From positions 1 through 34,672 of the forward strand of contig JBHGNT010000327.1 of assembly GCA_043228905.1 (NCBI GenBank): a stretch of 34,672 nucleotides of DNA. Reading direction: 5' to 3'. The notes below the pieces were generated by a model. That model was not told where the DNA came from. It did not search any database and saw only the letters and a list, made by a program, of their open reading frames with translations. Position 1 is the stretch's first letter, and every line of letters begins with the position of its first letter. The stretch comes from Azolla caroliniana. Its lineage: Eukaryota; Plantae; Polypodiophyta. Positions 11,601-21,200 of this stretch are shown here, one piece after another. Position numbers and translations under genes: made by a program.

Positions 11601-14600
11601 TAGCTTATGTACTGATTTTTACCTAGGGTAAACAGGAAGAGTTCACATGACAAGTAATAGAAAATCATGCTATGGATGTAACAATTTCTCTTAATATTCA
11701 ATGTGGATTGGTGAACATTGTATGTGATTCAATAATACATTCCTAGGGCCAACACACTGCAAATTCAAACAAGTTTTTTTTCTATCTAAGTTCATATACT
11801 AAGTTCCACAGCATTATGCTCTATCCTCCAAAGTTTGTGCATGGCTTGCAACTCCACAAAGCTAGGTTCTCCAATATCCTCCCATGGAAAGACTCAGTTT
11901 GTACTTTACCTATAGTCCGAGACATCTTCCAAGCCTTGAACACATGTACCTTTGACGTTTATTTGGATTATGTTGACACTTTGCATGAGAGGAAAATAAT
12001 GAATGGGTAGAGTACCTTCCAAAAACTGAACCTTTTGCCCACAGGAGGATTTGCACAAGATGACAAAGTAATTCCTCCTTCGAAAGGTGGCTACATGCTG
12101 CAGGTGGTGGAAATTCTTCAATATTACTGTCTATGCCAGATAACCTGTTGTGAAATGTTCACCAAATTTCAATTTTTCTATATGAGTACAGCCATGAAAA
12201 TTATCCAGATACATGTTCTCGTAGAAACAAAGGGTAGTGGTTGAATCAAAGAAAAATCGTTTCAAGTTTAGAGATATGGAATTAACCTCATTATAGCTTC
12301 TAAAAGATCTAATGCCAAACCAAGTTGAAGTTTCTCATGCACTGTTTCATGCTGCCAATGAACACCCTCTTTTGCATCTACACTCCCATCCTGCACAGCT
12401 TTATCAAGGACCTCATAAAACCTTCCAGAAGGAACTCGTACGCTTTTCATTTGACCATTGGCCTGCTTGACCAGAACTGTCTCATGAAAGTGAGAAAATT
12501 TTGACCTTTTTGCATTTTTTGTACTCCATCCATCAGACTCAAATGCATATTTGTCCCTACAGCACTGTAAATATGACAATTTGCATGAAATACAATTAAA
12601 GAAAGCTTAGCAAACTTAAAGAAAAGTCAATTAAGCACAAGCTAGAAACCTTGGATAAGGACAACACAATCAAAGGAACTAAAACCATTGCACCACCCGC
12701 TCTCAGGAAACGAAGAGCATTATCTTTGCCACCAATCTCCACAGTTGCAAGAAGGAAAACTACCAGCTTGAAGACAAAGACTTGATGTTCAGAATCAATA
12801 ACTTCACGGAGCATTCCCACAATTATCTGTTAAGGTGAATTGGCATGTGGTGAGAAACATTGTTAACTGAATTGAAACTATCTGGAGGGTGATAACGACT
12901 TTGTAATACCTCTATTACATTCATTTTTTCTAGGAAACCTTGTATATCTTCTGCATGCCTTTCATAAATCCAAGTAAGTACATGTGCTGCCAGCCTCAGA
13001 TCAACCTCCGGCAAGCTTATTTGACCAAATAATGGTGTGAAGCCTAAGACCATGGCCTGAAGCACAGCTTGGAATGTTGATAATGGATCTCTTAACTGCA
13101 TTTACAGTTCACAGGTTACTGATATTTTGCTAAAATAAGTTTTCCAACTACCCAAAATGTCAAATAGGTACCTTCCAAAAGTCGATCCTTGGATCATTCT
13201 GAGCAGGATAATTATCTACAAGAAGTTCAAGATGGATACCATCAACAACAGAACCTGTCAAAATTATTGGAAAATTTTGGTTTTAGTACAACATTTGAAC
13301 AATGAGCATTCAAGTACAAAAGCTTTAGAAAAAGCAATTTCCTCATACCTTCCCTTGCCATTGAGTAAGTAAGTTGAATCTCCGAGCTATTAACCAAAAT
13401 GTCTTTATTATTCTCTGCTACAGCATTGAACGCTTCTATGTGATCTTCAAGAAACTAAAAAGAAGATGTTCTTGTAAGAGAACTAGTGCTTGCTTCAAAG
13501 CACATTTTGAGAAAATATTTATGTAGCATATACCTCCTTCAATTCCGTTCGTTTTGCATCATTCCATAACAGAATTGGTGTCTCAAAGTTTCCTTTCTTT
13601 AGGAGATCTAAAATTTCCATCCATGCTGTGAATCTACTTGAAGAGTTCTCCTACAACAAATAGTGAGAATATCAATTAAGTAACAATGTCTAGATATGTT
13701 TAGGAAGAACATAAAACTTTTCTTGATTGAAATACCTGTAAATTCAGTTGGTTGATTCTAGCATCATAGAAATGCATAATGCCCTGTAAACAGTTGGTTG
13801 TGTTTCAAGATAGATGGTGTTCAGTTTTACTATGATTTACTATGATCTTAAGTTGTGATCACTAAAATAAGATGAGAAAAATCTGATGTGCACACCTTTG
13901 GTAGCAGAGCTTCAAGAAGCTTCTTAGATGCCTTATTGCGTTCAATCATAAAAAAGACAAGGTTTCCACTTGTTGATCTTAATTCTTCATCAGTCCCAAA
14001 AACTGCATCCTTTAAGTGTATCAATATGACACCTCGATCTAAACAGAATTTCTGAAAATAACCACCAAAAAGAAATATATAAAATATAAATACATTGAGA
14101 AAGGTTTTTTTGTAACACTCTTTTTAAAGCACTATTACTTGTAATTGACTTGCTATTGGAGGAGAAGTTTGTGTTAGAAGAGCCTTCAAGAGAAGAGAAT
14201 TGCTGAAAGTAAAAACACAAAGAAAGCATTAAGAAGAGCATTGCTGATTTCATGATTATAAATATTAAACAGTTATGGCAAAGAAAACATTAAAAAGATA
14301 GTTGCTGATTTCATGATTATAAATATTAGAAAGTTATGGCAAAGAAAGCATCAAAAAGCTAGTTGCTGATTTCATGATTATAATTATTGAAAAGTTATGA
14401 CTGTTAAAATAGTCTCTTTTTCAATATATTGATGAAGCATGCACGCACCTACGATAGACTACAAAATTTGGTGATCTACAGAGTCGACAAAATACTCCTG
14501 CGGCTCCTATAGCACTGTTCTCAAAGATCTGCCAAACATTCACACATGTACAAAAATTAGCAAAGTCTTGTTTTATACATTGCATGCTCGTTTAGAGAAA

Positions 14601-15150
14601 GAGCCAAACCTTTGGCCACCCACGTTCATTATCTATTTCTTGTGGTAATGAGGTTGCAAGAGTAAGGAAAGTTTGCAAAACCCCATACAACTGCAAGAAA
14701 GAACTTAAAAACCAGTAAAAATATGCTTTTAACTGTAATGAAACCTACGTTCTGACATCAAAGAGTGTAAAAATAGAACCTGCAAAGCATTATCATTTGC
14801 AAGCGCAAATATGTGTAAAGAGGAAAAAAGCTGCTGTACGTTATCAACACTCATAACGGCTCCTTTATTTGCAAGCTCCAGCTGCATCCCAAGAAAAAAA
14901 AAGTTTAAGACGCTTTTTATCTATTTATCTTAGTAGTCTCAGTGCAATCTGTGCTATATAGACTAAACAATTGATGTACCTTGGAAAGAAGGGCCACATC
15001 ACTAATTGGTCCATCTGATGGAAGTTTTATTGCTGCGCGGATGGCAACGGTAGCAGCATAACTTAATACAGGATTTCTGAATTGCAAACACTAAAAAGAA
15101 AAACTATGCAAATCATTTCACATTTATTTTTTCATATTGGTGTAAAGAAC

Positions 15151-15246
<96 letters not shown>

Positions 15247-18200
15247 TGCTAGAGATCTTTCGAAGACAAAAGTTGTAATATATCTAACTTGAGAATCTCA
15301 CATGTGCCGAAAACCAGATTCCCTGGTCTCTTTTTATCTTATTTACTTTTATATTTACTGAGTAATATTTATTCTATTTTGATTTGTTGTCCTCAAAGAT
15401 GCGACAACACTTAAGGTGCAATCTCTTGTTTGGTCTTATAGGCCATTTTGGTCTCTCTTAAAAGACATTAATATTTCTTTCTTTCTGTCAATTTTGCCAA
15501 AGTAGTGGACTAACTGTAATTGTGGATAAAACAAAAAATTATGGTAATGCAAACCATCCAACCTCACCAATACCCTATGCTTACATATAAGGGAGAACAT
15601 GTACAATTTGTACAAAGCTTTGAGTATCTTGGCATCGATGTACCTGGCACGAATAAATGGAGTGTATGCTTTGAGTCTAGACTTCAAGTTAGTTGGAAAA
15701 GTTATTATATGTTGGAAAATAAGTGTAACCAAAGTGATACTCATGGATGGGAATTGAAACTACTGTTATTTAATGCCATGGTAACACAAGTTTTGCTTTA
15801 TGGAGTGGAAGTGAGGGGAGGCACTATCCTCTTAATGCATGGAATGAGATTGAGAAGATTCAAAAGATGTTTTTAAGGAGACAATTGGGAATAAAATCCA
15901 CCACCTCCTATCAAGTTATGCTCTTGGAAACGGATGTTTGACCTATAGAGATATTGGCGCTTCAAAGAGTATATAGATATATTTAAAAAGTCAAGAATAT
16001 GCCAGAACATAGATTACCACATCTTGCTCGTAACGTTGGATGTAAACCACTAAAGAATCACAAGAGTAAAATTCTCTCATCCGATTGGGTAGTCGACATC
16101 AAAAAATGGTTCAAAAGATGGGACATGGAAGATCTCCTAGAGCTTTTAAGCGATGCTATGAAATATGTAATTATTGAAGAAAGATTAATGGACCCACTAA
16201 TGAAGAAGTGGAAAGATGCTAAAAGGACAAAATTAGAATATTACATTGCAAACATCAATCCCGAATGTTGGGTTCTATATAAGGCAAGAAGGTCCATGGA
16301 TCATACTCAACCTTAACTCATTACTAGCATGAGTATTAAATCTCGTAGAGCCCTAACACTCCTTCGCACTCGATCACACAAGCTATGTATTGAAGTTGCA
16401 TTATGGAATCAAAATCAACCAAATATAAAGACATGTAAGGTATGCAAGGAAGGGCTAGTAGAGGATGAATATCGCTTGCTTTTTACATGCTCTGTATATA
16501 ATGCAATTCATGAAAGCTATGATGATATATTAAGAGGGAGCGATGACTTGAGTATCATACTAAAGAGAACACCTAGAAGGTTGAGCTCATATGTGTATGC
16601 CTGATTCGCAAACCGAGAGTTGGTGCTTCAAAGTATGAATATCCCTTCTTAGGAAGGAGACACACATTAAGATCACTTTTGTATTTAGGTTCTATGGGTC
16701 AATATTGGCCTCTCTATGGATGCTGAAAAATATCTACCTATCTCTCACACACACTTTACATGTAAGTGTCTTAGATAAGAGCAAAATACTACGACATACT
16801 AGGACCCTCTCCCACCCTCTCCAAACTATTAGATACCGCAAATATAAAGACACTAGGTAGATATATCTTCGAGCTAAAACAACATAGACAGAATAAACTA
16901 CAAAATGCTAACCATAACCTTTCTTGTATTAACCATCATGTAACTAATGAAATTTTTCAAGCACGAGAGGGGAAGATGAGCATGGATACACCTGCACCAC
17001 TCAATCTCTCCCTCGCTGAAGCAGAAACCCAAAGAATAACCAAATGCCCTCCAATGTCAGGCCTCAAAGTCACTCGTTGTGTAGAAGCAATTAAGAAGAT
17101 AAGGGAACGTGAGTTACACCGTTGAGAAGCTATGGTTGGGGTACCTTTTACATCAGGACTATGGGCCACACCCACATCGAAACCCTTTGACCTTGTGCTC
17201 CTTTTCAAGAGACTTGGATGGAAATGAAACTAGGCCTAGCACATAGCCATTTCCTTTATAGAAATGAACACCATAACACCTTTTGTGCAATACTAGAACT
17301 CTTTTATCTACTAGAACTCTTTTTTTATCTATACTTTTTTTTTCCGATGATTGGGTACACATCCCATTTTGTTGTAACCGATTGTCTCATGGGCCAAATT
17401 TGGTCTTAGAGAACATGTTTTTTTTACTAGAACTGTTTAGCTTAAGCTCTTTTTTCTTTTTTTCTTTTTTACTTTCGATGAAAGGGTAAATACCCCATTT
17501 TTGTTGTAAACCAATTGTCTCATGGGCCAATTTTGGTCTTAGAAGACACTAATATCTCTCTCTCTCTGGGGTACCTTCTACATTGGGACCACAGGGGGCC
17601 ACATCCACATCGAAACCCTTTGACCTCCCGCTTCTTTTCGAGAGACTTGGATGGAAATGAAACTAGGCCTAGTATAAAGCCATTTCATTTTAGAACATGT
17701 TTGTTATTTTACTAGAACTATTTAGCTTAAGCTCTATTTATTATTTATTTATTTTTTTCACTTTCGATGAATGGGTAAATATCCCATTTTGTTGTAAACC
17801 AATTGTCTCATGAGCCAATTTTGGCCTTAGAAGACGTTTATTTCTTGCTAGAGCTCAAGAGACATCGGGAAAAGTTGTTGACGAATACAGCCACACAAGC
17901 TCATCCACAAAGAACAATCACAACTTTATTTAGCCCCATCACTCCTATTAATGCTACAAGTCAACCACGGGATACACAAATGGGCTCCAGTCCAGGACAT
18001 ACCAAAGGGGTTACAATTGATCGGGCAATAGCAATTTGCCGTGCACGTAGGCCCCGGCCCCATGGACCACGACCTCGACACCCTTGTCATCGACAATTAA
18101 AAGCCATTATCTCCCGCCATCGTAGGTGCTTCCCTCACTTCAGAGACATTTCCATTCTAGATTGACCACTGCTAGAGATCTTTCGAAGACAAAATCTACA

Positions 18201-21200
18201 ATATACCTAACTTGAGAATCTCACATGTGCCAAAAACAAGATTCCCTCGTTTCTTTTCTTTTCATCTTATTTAATTTTATATTACTGTGTAATATTTATT
18301 TTATTTTGATTTGTTCTCAAAGACAAGACAACACTTAAGATGTAATCTCTTATTTGGTCTTATAGGCCATTTTGGCCTCTTAAAAGACGTTAATATTTCT
18401 TTCTTTCTTTCTCCATGCAAGGGAGTCGGCTGAACATGGAGACAATCATTGTTCGTATGCTGAAACACAAGCACGGTTTCATTCACATGACAAATATAAA
18501 TGCTACACCATTCCAATACAGCTCGGATTGTTTCCATCTAAAATGACCAAAGTCGAAAAGAAAGTTGTGATCTGAACTAATTTCATTAAATTGGATAATA
18601 AAAGAACATTGATCAGTCCCATGGCATCTCTCGGTAGAAAGATGTCCCACTATAAGGTCTCTCTTCTTACACATGTATAGCACAACGAAATTATCATCAA
18701 ACACTCTCATATGGAATAACATCTATCTCATACACTCTGACAGTATCTTCACATTAGGTATAGTTTTAGAAAGGCAGATATACACACAAATCTATGGAAG
18801 GACAGGTATGTCAATCATATTATCAGGTATTGGTAATTGGAGGAGTACTATGTTTGCCATTTTGCTGCTTTTTATGAAATAAGACAGAGATACCACTACC
18901 TCTTCAATTAGGGCTTTGACCCACTCAATAATGTAATGTAATACAACCACCAAAGCTTATCAACATAAGACCATCACAAATTTCTTTAGTTCCAACACTC
19001 ATCCTACAAGTTAATCACAGGCTACACAAGTACTCATGCTACAAGGCAATCATGGGCATAGAGAGAAGTTGTCAATCACTCAAAAGGGGTTCCACTAGAT
19101 CAGGCTATAGCAATTTATAGTGCACATAGGCCACGTCCATCTGGATCACGACCTTGTCACCTTTGTTATCAACCGATCAAAGACATTATCTCCAGGTTTT
19201 CTTCACTTCGGAGATCTTTCCATCTAGGATCAGTTCATGTTGGATATCTTTCGAAAATAGAAATTTCAGTTCATCTGAAGTTCTTAGCTAGCAAGATTCT
19301 CTGGTACCTTAGTCAGTTCTACTATATTAGCAATATTTATTTGGTTTGTTTTCAAAGATCAAACAGCATTTTAAGATGCAATCCTTTGTTCAGTTTGGAC
19401 CTGCCATTTTGGCCTCTTAAAAGACATTAGTTTTTTCTTTCTTTTTCACTCTCTGATTTTTACTATTCCCGATCACATACAAACACACATTTGTTGTACA
19501 CTTGATTTGTCTCACAGGACTATGTTGGTATTTCACAGACATTCAAAGTTGGTGTCTTTTCTTTCTTTTCTCTCTGTAACTGCACTATAGTTATTTCATT
19601 AAACCTTTGTTTTTACATTAATATTGTTCACGTGTAGCTTGAAGAGGATTATATTGATTTGGTACATCAATTTTTGGTCTCATATACCTTCAAGGCCTTC
19701 CATGGACAGAAATGTCTATGGAATGCACATGTATATGTATATCATTTATGGCCATTTTAGGTTAATGGCATGCTTTAACCAGTAAAAATATCTATTGATA
19801 ATGGAATCCTATTGCTTATATTATATTCTCAGTTCTGGACTTCATGTGCAATAAATCCTGTACAATTATAAATGATAACAGAATACTATTGTTTCTATCA
19901 TTGTCGCGGTATCTCTCATTCTCATTCTCCCTATGTTCTCCTGTCATAGTTTTAGCTTCTTCCTCTCACAGTCAATTTGATCCTGCTGCTATTACAGCTG
20001 GGAATTGACAGATGATAAGTTATTCGTAGTAGGAGGATACACACAACTTCTTTTTTCAGTGTGTTGATTGACATAAATCTTTACCGTGACTAATCAATTA
20101 TTTCAGCAAGAAAGTGAAGTTCAAACCTGAATTAAAGCTGACGAAACCTCTTGCATATTCTTCACTGCCTCAAAACAAGGCCGAGATGCCAATAATCTTT
20201 GCAGCACCAAGCAACAACAAGTTGCAAGACGGATGTTCTCTGAATAAAGTAGAAAACAATTTCACCTTCGTATTCTTGAATAAGAGTAAACATAAAACAA
20301 ATACATTTTTGGACATGATTTATCATACCTCCAGAGTTCTTCAAAACATCAGCAACCTTTTTTAGTACCCTAGGGTCTGTACATTGAGATTCGCCAACCT
20401 GAGATATCAATGGAAGAATTCTTTCCCTCATTATGTGAATTGTACATTTATGTGTTAAAGAGTTTTGTACATGATATATAACCTTGAATGAACCTTACAT
20501 TTATGTTACATGCGTACTCCTTTAAGACATCATGTAAATCATCAACATCGCTTACATCTGTTGCAGCTAAAAGTTGGCTACAATAATACTGCTCACACTC
20601 ATTCTATAAAATCAATAACAAATTAGTAAATGTTTATATATAACTGAATCCTTGTTACCTTAAAATCCAGTTTGTGAATCAACTACCTGATAAAACGGAT
20701 GCGGCCTCTCTGGAAACATGTGTGGTAAGAATGGCTCCAAGTGAATATTAAAGCTAGATAGACTTAGTGATTCCATTACATCAGCCATACTTGCAAGAAA
20801 GTCATCCCTTGCTTGAATAAAATATTGAGCAGGCCTCCATGACTTAAATTCGATGATAACTTCTTTTGAGCCTCCATCCTTCACCACTATCCCTGCAATG
20901 TCTTTCAGACTGAAGCAACAAAAGTCAAAATGTATTTGGTAAAGGATCCTGATGCTTTGGTATGAAAACACTGCGAACCTGTATAAAGCAGTGACCTCAT
21001 CATCTCCAGATTTCTCTATCAAATGTTCCTTGCTTATTGACACAATCCGAATCCTCTCTTCTTTCAAGTTATCTACATTTTTTATAGCTTGGAAACTGTA
21101 CAACACGAGACTCCCTCCCTGGCATTACACAATATTTCAAGCCTTTTTTTAAATATTCCTTCCTTCATGAATATAGATAGTGTCACGAGGCAACAAATAG

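Noticed and set aside
14219-14401. CRISPR-like array
   Set aside because: The whole 61-bp unit is repeated with no unique spacers, in a eukaryotic intron with no cas genes.
19688-19715. 28-nt micro-exon candidate (CATAG|...GAAG|GTATAT) in intron 9
   Set aside because: Inclusion would shift the frame, and the expected residues are supplied by the 20126 donor. A poison exon cannot be excluded without RNA data.
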